Shown here: positions 24,318 through 32,000 of the stretch, one piece after another
Layout: each line of letters begins with the position of its first letter
Numbering within the stretch: the stretch's first letter is position 1
Assembly (NCBI GenBank): GCA_021498095.1
Contig: JAIZWK010000001.1
Location: 900,001 to 932,000 of the forward strand
Length of the DNA: 32,000 nt
Direction of reading: 5' to 3'
Source: Candidatus Harpocratesius repetitus
GTDB lineage: Archaea > Asgardarchaeota > Lokiarchaeia > Sigyniarchaeales > Promethearchaeaceae
Made by a program: the position numbers and the translations under genes
The notes under the pieces: model-generated
Seen by the model: the letters and a program-made list of their open reading frames with translations, nothing else
Told to the model about the DNA's origin: nothing
Database searches by the model: none

Positions 24318-25277
24318 ATGAATATTCAATCTCCCGTAAACACTCATTTGTCATTACAATCCATTCATGTTCAAGAATTTCCACCTTTTGATTCTTCTTA
24401 TTTTAAGATTTCAACAATCCATTCTGTTATTCATGTAATCAAGCCAAAGCACGTGGGATACGATGAATCAAATGTAGTATTAATTGAACTAAACTCTGGA
24501 ATAATTCTCATAGATTCTTTTATTTCACCAAAGGCAAATGCTCAACTTATTGCATTTGTAGAAAAACATCTTCATAAACCAATACAGTATTTAATTAACA
24601 GCCATTCTCATATTGATCATTTAATGGGCTATCTCTCCTTCAACTCGAATATTCCAATTCTGGCAGGAGTTCAATCGTTTAAACACATGTCAGGTAAAGG
24701 ATTCTCAATCCTGAAACAATGGGCAAATAATATGAAAGATTCTTTTCATAACATCGTGATGGAATATATTAATGAAGAAAATCCTAATTCTATTGAATGC
24801 TTGGAAGAAGTAATTAAATTATTCCAATTAAGTAAAATGTCGAATTTTAACTTTCGATTACCAAATTTGCTAATTGAAGATCACATTTATTTAACTGGCG
24901 ATAAAATTTCAGTTGACATTCAAAATGTAGGTCCGGCATTTACTGAAGAAGATTTAATTATACAGATACCTGAGCTTAAAACTGCATTTCTTGGACCTCT
25001 CTTATGTCAAGGTTGTCTCAATGCTTCAAAGTTGGTTGAATTTGTTCAACAAGCTAATTCATTAAACAATATTATCAATATTTTAACTAAGATCGCAAAA
25101 GATGATATAAATATCTTTTTAAGTAGCTCTGGAAAAGTATGGGAAAAATGCGAAGTTTTAGAATTTCGCGAAATGTTAATTCATTTACAAGAAAATTCTC
25201 ATGCTAATTTATTAAAAAATAACACTTCATCAACTAATATCTTTCCTCCTTTATCCAAATTTGTGATGAGAATATAG
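24318..25277 (+). CDS. Metallo-beta-lactamase fold protein with incomplete metal ligand set
   Basis: SNVVLIEL...LIDSF...YLINSHSHIDHLMG (HxHxDH intact). Later ligand positions read PAFTEED, FLGPLL and LSSSG. Confidence 0.82.
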   Translation: MNIQSPVNTHLSLQSIHVQEFPPFDSSYFKISTIHSVIHVIKPKHVGYDESNVVLIELNSGIILIDSFISPKANAQLIAFVEKHLHKPIQYLINSHSHIDHLMGYLSFNSNIPILAGVQSFKHMSGKGFSILKQWANNMKDSFHNIVMEYINEENPNSIECLEEVIKLFQLSKMSNFNFRLPNLLIEDHIYLTGDKISVDIQNVGPAFTEEDLIIQIPELKTAFLGPLLCQGCLNASKLVEFVQQANSLNNIINILTKIAKDDINIFLSSSGKVWEKCEVLEFREMLIHLQENSHANLLKNNTSSTNIFPPLSKFVMRI

Positions 25278-25481
25278 AACACTTAAATTAAAAAAAAGCA
25301 AAATTGAATTGTAAGCATTCATTCAATAAATTAAAATTTGCCCCATATTTTTTTGATTAATGAAAATTTGAAAATGGAATATTTAACTCAGTAATGATGA
25401 CTCAGATTCATAAAATATTAATTATTTATCATTTAAGGATTTATAATCATATTAAAAAAAAAATATAGCCACGTTCTCTAG

Positions 25482-26234
25482 GTGATGCCTATCTCCAATA
25501 CTCAAAAATCCGGTGAGACAAGTGGGTCTTCTTCGCATACTTCCAAGACGCACAAACATCACGAATGTAAATCAAAAAATAAATCAGAAGGCGTAATTTC
25601 TTTTAAAGATGTTATGCAAAGTAAACCTAAATTCTTGATTTTTTCTCTATTATCAATGTTCCCAGAACTTAGTTTGAAACAATTGAAGGAATTTACCAGT
25701 AAATCAAAATCGACCATCTCAATACATCTCTCAGACATGGAACGTATGGGATTAGTCCGAGTTGCAAGAGAAGAAAAAGCACGTGGTTCTATTCCAACAA
25801 AATACTTTCGATTAGTCGAAGATTATGAAGAAAAAATCGCAAGACGTAAATGTGAAAATCATGAAGATCGTATAGCTGAATTTAAAGAGTTTTTGCAAAT
25901 ACATCAATCCTTTGCACAAGTTCAATCTCAATTATTAAGCAAATGGTTAAAATATTTGTCTGCACTTGAAAAACGTTTAGATTCTAATCAAGATCCTGTT
26001 GTCATTGAGGAAATTTCCTCTTTAAAAGCTGAAAAAGGAAGACTTTCGGTTGTTTCTTTTTATACAGATAGTATTGCAGCAGAAATGCGTAAAGGTCTAT
26101 GGCCAATTTATAAAAAAGCAGAACATGATAATAAGGAGGCAGATAAACCTGATCCAGTTGTACATCCATATTTTATTGGTGTTCAAATACTCCCAATAAA
26201 GCGCGCATTTGATTATTTCTTTGAAAATGAATAA
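25482..26234 (+). CDS. Winged-helix (ArsR/MarR-like) transcriptional regulator with Ser/His-rich N-terminal tail
   Basis: ELSLKQLKEFTSKSKSTISIHLSDMERMGLV...TKYFRL wHTH followed by a helical C-terminal domain. Confidence 0.8.
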   Translation: MMPISNTQKSGETSGSSSHTSKTHKHHECKSKNKSEGVISFKDVMQSKPKFLIFSLLSMFPELSLKQLKEFTSKSKSTISIHLSDMERMGLVRVAREEKARGSIPTKYFRLVEDYEEKIARRKCENHEDRIAEFKEFLQIHQSFAQVQSQLLSKWLKYLSALEKRLDSNQDPVVIEEISSLKAEKGRLSVVSFYTDSIAAEMRKGLWPIYKKAEHDNKEADKPDPVVHPYFIGVQILPIKRAFDYFFENE

Positions 26235-26344
26235 GATGATAATTTAATTTAAGTTTGTATATTGCAAATATTGAAACGCAAAATTTTTTTTATCATGATA
26301 CGTTTATTTTCCTATTCTTTACTGTTTTTCTAAGGTGACCATCG

Positions 26345-26863
26345 ATTCCTACAGAGAAAAAGAAAACGTTATCTGCAACATTAAAAGCTGTTTTAAAAGA
26401 TTTTGGTGGACCGGAAGCTCTCAAAATTGCCAAAATCTTACTAGATGCTGGTGATGAAACCACTGATGAGAAAATTGCCGAATTAAGTAAAGTTAAACTC
26501 AATGTAGTTCGAAAAATTCTCTATATATTAAATGAGAATAAATTAACTGAGTTTAAGCGAGTCCGGGATAAGCGTTCAGGCTGGTTCGTATACTTTTGGA
26601 ATGAATCATTCGACAATTTGCCCTTATTGTTACAAGAACGTAGGGAAATGGTTATCGAAAAATTAGAATCTCGAATGAAGTATGAAGAACAGAATTATTT
26701 CTTTCAATGTAGCAATGGATGTGAAGGACGATATGTCTTTATTGAAGCAATGGATTATAATTTTATTTGTCCTGTTTGTCAACAAGGTCAATTAGTTGCT
26801 GATGAGAACAAGAAAAAAGTGCAATTTCTCAAAGATTCAATAATAAAATTAAGAAATTTATAA
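26345..26863 (+). CDS. tfe: Transcription factor E (TFE/TFIIE-alpha), full length; ORF track shows only the C-terminal half
   Basis: In-frame upstream extension from 26339: SIPTEKKKTLSATLKAVLKDFGGPEALKIAKILLDAGDETTDEKIAELSKVKLNVVRKILYILNENKLTEFKRVRDKRSGWFVYFW (TFE wHTH), then Zn ribbon FQCSNGC...FICPVC. Start placed at ATT 26345 after an AGGTGA SD. Confidence 0.92.
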   Translation: MPTEKKKTLSATLKAVLKDFGGPEALKIAKILLDAGDETTDEKIAELSKVKLNVVRKILYILNENKLTEFKRVRDKRSGWFVYFWNESFDNLPLLLQERREMVIEKLESRMKYEEQNYFFQCSNGCEGRYVFIEAMDYNFICPVCQQGQLVADENKKKVQFLKDSIIKLRNL

Positions 26864-27007
26864 AAATTCATTTTTCATTTATTTATTTTTGTCTTTATAC
26901 ACTTTTATTTAGCACATAATTCGGAATTTATAATTTTAATTCCAAAAATAAATATAGCCGGTCTCTATTATTAGATCATATATTAATCAATGAGGGATAA
27001 TAAAAAC

Positions 27008-27322
27008 ATGGATTCAAACACTTATATTGTCAAAATTAATTCGGCATTGTCGAATAAGCCTTTTTTTATTAAAATTGATGATCCTTCGCTGAGTGTTGAC
27101 ACAATTTTTAACGAAGCTATCATTCAACTAAAAAATGCGGGAAAACCACTTGAAAGTCAGCAATTAGCTCAATTATATGAACGACATCAGATCTTTAATT
27201 CAGGCAATATTGTTCAAAAAGGCGATCTATTCTCAGACCTTATCAAGAAAAAACAAGTAGTTGGGGATCAAGAAGTAAAAATTGCTGAGTTAGATTTAGT
27301 TACATCTCATTCTGGAGGATAA
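27008..27322 (+). CDS. Divergent ubiquitin-like (beta-grasp) protein with free C-terminal GG
   Basis: Ends ELDLVTSHSGG* (ubiquitin: TLHLVLRLRGG). QIFNSGNIVQKGDLFSDL aligns to RLIFAGKQLEDGRTLSDY. Likely ATG at 27008 (track start 26990). Confidence 0.72.
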   Translation: MDSNTYIVKINSALSNKPFFIKIDDPSLSVDTIFNEAIIQLKNAGKPLESQQLAQLYERHQIFNSGNIVQKGDLFSDLIKKKQVVGDQEVKIAELDLVTSHSGG

Positions 27323-27501
27323 TTCTTTATCTTTTTATCCTTTTTTTATTCATTTTATTATTCTAGCTTATCATTTATTATATATTTACAAAATAGTAAT
27401 CTACTAAGAGATGAAGAAATAAATTGCTTTTTCTTTTATCAAATTGAATACTTTCGATCAATTCCATAACTTTTCAAGGAATCATGGATTTTATTGCTTA
27501 A

Positions 27502-27951
27502 GTGATTACTATGAAATCAAATCCGCGTGTGATAATGGAAACGAGTAAAGGAACTTTACTGATTGAATTGTATTCGGAACATGCACCGGGAACTGTGGCT
27601 AATTTTCTTAAATTAGTTAATCAAAAGTTTTATGATGGGTTGACTTTCCATCGAGTTATCCCTGATTTTGTTGTTCAAGGGGGATGTCCTCATGGAGATG
27701 GTACTGGCGGTCCGGGATGGACTATTAAGTGCGAAACTGAGGGTAATCCATTAATTCACAAGCCTGGTGCGTTAAGCATGGCTCATCGTGGAAAAGATAC
27801 AGGTGGATCTCAATTCTTCATTGTACTTAATCGAGAAAATACCAAACATCTTGATGGAAAACATACAGTATTTGGTCAAGTCGTTAGTGGGATGGAATTA
27901 ATATCAAAAATTGAACAAGGCGATCGAATGCTGAAAGTAGAAGAGATTTAA
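27502..27951 (+). CDS. Cyclophilin-type peptidyl-prolyl cis-trans isomerase
   Basis: [46 protein letters not shown]. Confidence 0.96.
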   Translation: MITMKSNPRVIMETSKGTLLIELYSEHAPGTVANFLKLVNQKFYDGLTFHRVIPDFVVQGGCPHGDGTGGPGWTIKCETEGNPLIHKPGALSMAHRGKDTGGSQFFIVLNRENTKHLDGKHTVFGQVVSGMELISKIEQGDRMLKVEEI

Positions 27952-28014
27952 TCCTTTTTTTCTTCTTTCTTGATTAATATTAAATAAATTTAAGAAATAG
28001 GCGTTGATATTAAA

Positions 28015-28902
28015 ATGGCTCAAGTATTTAGGGCAGCACACATGGTGCGAGATTTAGAACCTGAAGATATTCGTGTGTTGACTGGAATCGAGTTGGGCAT
28101 GCGCCGTTTTGAATTTGTCCCTATGGATCAAATAAGTTATTATTCTCGTATTCTAAAATCAGAAACTGAATATCGACTTAATAAACTTCATAAACTGGGT
28201 ATTCTTCAGCGTAATTCCCAGTTGGGTTATGTGGGGTATCAACTTATTTCAGAATCATATGATATCTTAGCCCTCAATACTTTAACTCAACAGGAGATTA
28301 TTATTGCTGTTGGTGATTTAATTGGGCGTGGAAAGGAATCAGATGTATATATTGCAAAATTACCAAATGGAAAGGAATGTGCTTTAAAAATTCACCGAAT
28401 TGGCCAAACTAGTTTTCGTCAAATCCGAAAATTGAGAAATTACATAAAGAATCGCAGACACATCTCCTGGTTATATGTTAGTCGTCTTTCAGCGGAATCA
28501 GAATATGCCGCGTTACAGAAAATTTCGCAATTAAAAATTAATACTCCAGTTCCCTATGGACAAAATCGACATATGGTAGTTATGAGTTTGATAGAAGGAA
28601 AATTAATAAGTACGATTCCAGAACTGGAAAATCCTGAAGATATTTTAAATCAAATTCTTAATCAAATAGAGACTCTTTATTTGCAAGGAAAAATGATTCA
28701 TTGTGATTTGGGTGAATTTAATATAATAATTACACCAGATCAAAAGGTTCAAATTATCGATTGGCCGCAATGGGAAAGTAGTGACCACCCAAATGCAATC
28801 TCTTACTTAACTCGTGATTTATCAAATATTAATTTCTTTTTTAGGAAAAATTATCATGTTGATTTCGATTTAGATGATTTTTTATTTCATTTATTAGAAT
28901 GA
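28015..28902 (+). CDS. rio2: RIO2-type atypical Ser/Thr kinase (N-terminal wHTH)
   Basis: N-terminal wHTH (DIRVLTGIELGMRRFEFVP), GRGKESDVY, ALKIHRIGQTSF, IHCDLGEFNII, IIDWPQ. Confidence 0.93.
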   Translation: MAQVFRAAHMVRDLEPEDIRVLTGIELGMRRFEFVPMDQISYYSRILKSETEYRLNKLHKLGILQRNSQLGYVGYQLISESYDILALNTLTQQEIIIAVGDLIGRGKESDVYIAKLPNGKECALKIHRIGQTSFRQIRKLRNYIKNRRHISWLYVSRLSAESEYAALQKISQLKINTPVPYGQNRHMVVMSLIEGKLISTIPELENPEDILNQILNQIETLYLQGKMIHCDLGEFNIIITPDQKVQIIDWPQWESSDHPNAISYLTRDLSNINFFFRKNYHVDFDLDDFLFHLLE

Positions 28903-29030
28903 CATAATAAGAACTCATCAACACTCAATTTACATAATTCTAATTGATCTAATTTAATATTCTCTAGATGATTTTCATATTTCTTTTAGGTTCCAAAAGA
29001 TTTATATATCTAATAAATAGAGTGATTTTA

Positions 29031-29267
29031 ATGATACCCGAAGGTGGTTACAACACAGAAAATATTGAGCTCTTTTACCTAGGATATTTTGGAATTGCTG
29101 TATTGGGAATTCTATTGCTAATAATAAATGTTATATTATCTCGAAGAAATAATAACCAAGAAAATGATTTCGCAAAAAAATTAGCAAACAATTTAAAGCC
29201 TTTAGGAATTGTATTTATATTTATTGGTTTGTTAGGGGTTTTTATTCTTTTTTGTTTTATGATATAA
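29031..29267 (+). CDS. Small two-TM membrane protein
   Basis: Likely ATG at 29031 after GAGTGA (track start 28968). Two hydrophobic helices around a polar loop. Confidence 0.55.
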   Translation: MIPEGGYNTENIELFYLGYFGIAVLGILLLIINVILSRRNNNQENDFAKKLANNLKPLGIVFIFIGLLGVFILFCFMI

Positions 29268-29280
29268 TAATTTGCTTCTT

Positions 29281-29943
29281 TTATTTTGATTCGATATAGA
29301 ATATCCAATCTTCTATACTCGGACTAAAAGGATAATCAATTATTTCTATTTTAAAATTTCTTTCTAAAAAAACATTACTCAACCATTTTTTCCATAGTTT
29401 AAAGTCGTATTTTTTTTTTAATACAGAAATAACGATTTTAGTGATTAAATTGGCATCTTTTTTAATAATTCTGTGTATTTCTTTTATTCCTTTTATTGGA
29501 TCTGGAAGATTTTGAAGAGTTGTTAGGGAAATTATATTTAAAATTATGTCATTTCGAAATGGTAAATTTTCAGCATCTGCACAAACTAAATGTGGGTTAA
29601 ATTTATATTTTCTATTTTTAAATCTGTGATTTATCCATTTTGATTTAAATTTTAGCAACATTCCATTTGATAAATCACAACCAATATAATGAAAAGATAG
29701 AATTTTTTCCTTTTTTTGGGAACTTATTATTAAATCCCAAGTTAATCCTGTCCCACATCCAAGATCAAACCACATGCAATTAAAATTTATATTTTTTGTA
29801 GAAATAAGAGAAAATTTCTTTTTTTGAAGCGTTTTATAACGATTATCATAGATTTCTATATAACTTTCCTCATTATAGCGGTCTTGGATTTCTTTTTTTT
29901 TTCTTTGTGAAAGATTATGAGATATTGATTTTGATTCATTCAT
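29281..29943 (-). CDS. Class I SAM-dependent methyltransferase
   Basis: FDLGCGTG, IGCDLSNGML, CADAENLPF, SLTTLQNL. Confidence 0.9.
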   Translation of the reverse strand: MNESKSISHNLSQRKKKEIQDRYNEESYIEIYDNRYKTLQKKKFSLISTKNINFNCMWFDLGCGTGLTWDLIISSQKKEKILSFHYIGCDLSNGMLLKFKSKWINHRFKNRKYKFNPHLVCADAENLPFRNDIILNIISLTTLQNLPDPIKGIKEIHRIIKKDANLITKIVISVLKKKYDFKLWKKWLSNVFLERNFKIEIIDYPFSPSIEDWIFYIESK

Positions 29944-30175
29944 ATTTCATTCAAACTTAGATTTAGATTGACACATTTTATTATTTTGAATAAATTGTTA
30001 TTATAAAGGATGATTTGATATTGCTAAATCATTTGATCAGTTTAACATTTTCGTTTTACTGATCATCTTATTGCTTGATTGCTTGATCACTTTTAAATAC
30101 TTTTAAGCGAAAGATCTCATTGTTTTTTAAAGGATGCATCATTATTTACTCCATTGATTAAGTTACGTGTTTTTT

Positions 30176-30418
30176 ATGGCATATAATAACAGTCGTAATC
30201 CATTACGAGCGCTTCAAAACCGAATTGGACAAGAAATTGTTGTTCGTTTGAAGGACTCAACTGAGTATCGTGGTAATTTAAAGGAATATGATAATTTTAT
30301 GAATTTAATAATTGAAAATGTTACTGAAACAATTCCCCATGAGGAAGAAACGAATCACTATTCTGAGCTTTTTGTGAGGGGAAATAATATTCTTTTTATT
30401 TTGCCCGAAGCGGATTAA
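30176..30418 (+). CDS. Sm-like archaeal protein (SmAP/LSm)
   Basis: Sm1 (IVVRLKDSTEYRGNLKEYDNFMNLII) and Sm2 (LFVRGNNILFI) motifs. ATG at 30176. Confidence 0.95.
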   Translation: MAYNNSRNPLRALQNRIGQEIVVRLKDSTEYRGNLKEYDNFMNLIIENVTETIPHEEETNHYSELFVRGNNILFILPEAD

Positions 30419-30429
30419 TTTCCTCTTCA

Positions 30430-30511
30430 TTTCTTTCTGTTCTGCCATAGAATCGAATTCACTAAAAATTATATTTTTCTTTCTGTTCTGCCATAGAATC
30501 GAATTCACTAA
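30430..30511. repeat. Perfect 36-bp direct repeat, two copies, 10-bp spacer
   Basis: TTTCTTTCTGTTCTGCCATAGAATCGAATTCACTAA at 30430-30465 and 30476-30511. Confidence 0.9.
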
Positions 30512-30929
30512 GTGAGTATTTCGAAAAATAACAGAAAAATTTTTTTTTTTACTAAAAATTTTTATTAATAAAATCTTTTTCAAAAAAATGCCATATCATA
30601 TTGAGAGTTTGATTCTCTATTTTACTTTTTTATTTAAAAAGTACTTAATTTTTGCTGTGTTTCACAAATTTATCTTTTTTTAAAAAGTCATAAATGTTAT
30701 TTTATCTGTTATATTAAATTTATTCTAATTTTTTTATTAACTTCTTTAAATGTAAAAATTTTCCTTTAAGTTAGACATAAAAAGACATATTTATATTTAT
30801 TACTGTTATTTTTCTTTATTTTATCGTAAATTTTTTACTAAAAACATTTATTTTGCAAAATATTCTAGTATATACTGTTTTCTCATATCATTAAAATAAT
30901 ATTGTTTCACTGATACACTAGAAAATATA

Positions 30930-31601
30930 ATGAAATTGCAAAAAAATTCTCAAATGACTGAAAATGATTATCGAGCAGCGGTGGTCCGCGGAGCGCAAGA
31001 TATTTTTAAGGGTCATTTAGTCGAATTTGGAGAGGGAAATGTTTCAATGCGTGTTGCTGATCAAGATGAGCTCTTTATAACACCCACCCAAAACGATTAT
31101 CAATCATTGACTTCTAAAGATATCGTTCATATAAAATTTGATGGTACCTTACTCTCAAAAGAACGTAAACCATCTTCTGAATATCGTCTTCACGTTGCAA
31201 TTTATCAACAGCGACCTAAAGCTACATGTGTGATTCACACTCATTCAATTTATGCCAGTATGCTTTCTTTGGTCAAACAAAGTATTCCAATCCTATTTGA
31301 AGAAGCTTTGATCTTTTTAGGGGGTGAAATTCAAGTGGCAGATTATGTTGAAGCAGGAACAGAACAATTAGGGATTCAAGCAGAGCATTACATGGGGGAA
31401 ACTAATGGTATTATAATGGAAAATCATGGTGTTGTTGTATGTGGGCGCACCATGCAATATACTGTTAAAAATGCTATGTTGATTGAAAAAATGGCTAAAA
31501 TCTATTGGGGTGCAAAACATTTAGGTAATGTGCATTCTGTTGATAAAAAATATTGGGATAAATTCTTAAAGATACATAAAGGTTTTTTCAGCACATATTA
31601 A
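30930..31601 (+). CDS. Class II aldolase/adducin family (FucA-like)
   Basis: GNVSMR, FITPT, KPSSEYRLH, VIHTHS, MENHGVVVCG; zinc histidines intact. Confidence 0.92.
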   Translation: MKLQKNSQMTENDYRAAVVRGAQDIFKGHLVEFGEGNVSMRVADQDELFITPTQNDYQSLTSKDIVHIKFDGTLLSKERKPSSEYRLHVAIYQQRPKATCVIHTHSIYASMLSLVKQSIPILFEEALIFLGGEIQVADYVEAGTEQLGIQAEHYMGETNGIIMENHGVVVCGRTMQYTVKNAMLIEKMAKIYWGAKHLGNVHSVDKKYWDKFLKIHKGFFSTY

Positions 31602-31622
31602 GATATAATTTGAGGAATTTGT

Positions 31623-32000
31623 ATGCGTATCCAATTAAAATCTTATTCTGAAAAATTCGACATTTTTCTGCCTGATGATTTAGATATAGTAGTTCAACAT
31701 TCAAAACACGAAAAATCTATTGAAAATCCCGTTGATTCACTCTTAAATGCTTTAAATTCTCCTTATATGACAAAACCTTTAAAAAAACTCTTAGAAAATG
31801 CCCAAATTCAGAATGAGAACTCTGATGATTATATTTGTATTCTTATTTCCTTCAACATGCCACCAACAATTTGTCAATCAATTCTAAAATTGCTGGAAAA
31901 CTGTTTTAAGAAAGTAAAAATACCTGATACAAAGATAAAAGTCCTACTGGCAACTGGAATGCATCCTAAACCCTCTCCTAAATACATGAAAAGGTTATTA
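31623..32000 (+). CDS. LarA/DUF2088-like N-terminal domain, truncated by the window end (not in the ORF track)
   Basis: Hand translation: MRIQLKSY...LLNALNSPYMTKPLKKLL...ICILISFNMPP...ILKLLENCFKKVKIPDTKIKVLLATGMHPKPS. Matches the LarA pattern AL-x-x-P...PL...I-x-I-x-S...ATGxH. Confidence 0.7.
   Translation, partial: MRIQLKSYSEKFDIFLPDDLDIVVQHSKHEKSIENPVDSLLNALNSPYMTKPLKKLLENAQIQNENSDDYICILISFNMPPTICQSILKLLENCFKKVKIPDTKIKVLLATGMHPKPSPKYMKRLL

Noticed and set aside
26293-26502. 69-aa minus-strand ORF
   Set aside because: Antisense shadow of the TFE winged-helix region.
30430-30511. 36-bp direct repeat as a mini-CRISPR
   Set aside because: Only two copies, a 10-bp spacer (far too short), no GAAA(C/G)-type end and no cas genes in the window.

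Overview
AT-rich archaeal window, most consistent with an Asgard archaeon of the Lokiarchaeia/Promethearchaeota type (inference from PolD small subunit, Orc1/Cdc6, TFE, Sm protein, RIO2, a BHB-intron tRNA, two Rab-like small GTPases and a ubiquitin-like protein). Most of it is core chromosome: DP1, DUF2240/SWIM-like protein, cdc6, RtcB, M18 aminopeptidase, tRNA-Thr(CGT) with a 26-nt intron, TrmJ, TFE, cyclophilin, RIO2, methyltransferase, Sm, class II aldolase. A GC-richer accessory island (~5880-9450) holds an IS4-like remnant, a 10-bp repeat array, an orphan Pro/Tyr-rich protein, and a 567-codon frame broken by one TAA. A short protein motif from that frame occurs three times in the island. 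The best leads are: (1) a GcvH-like domain lacking the lipoyl lysine fused to an intact Rab-like GTPase; (2) a stand-alone divergent ubiquitin-like protein ending in a free GG; (3) the island's repeated-motif gene family; (4) several intact ORFs that have lost catalytic residues (two SIS proteins, a YihQ-like GH31, a receiver-like domain, an MBL fold, a LarA-like protein); (5) a TFE gene with no canonical start codon. All homology calls come from reading motifs by eye; no searches were run.
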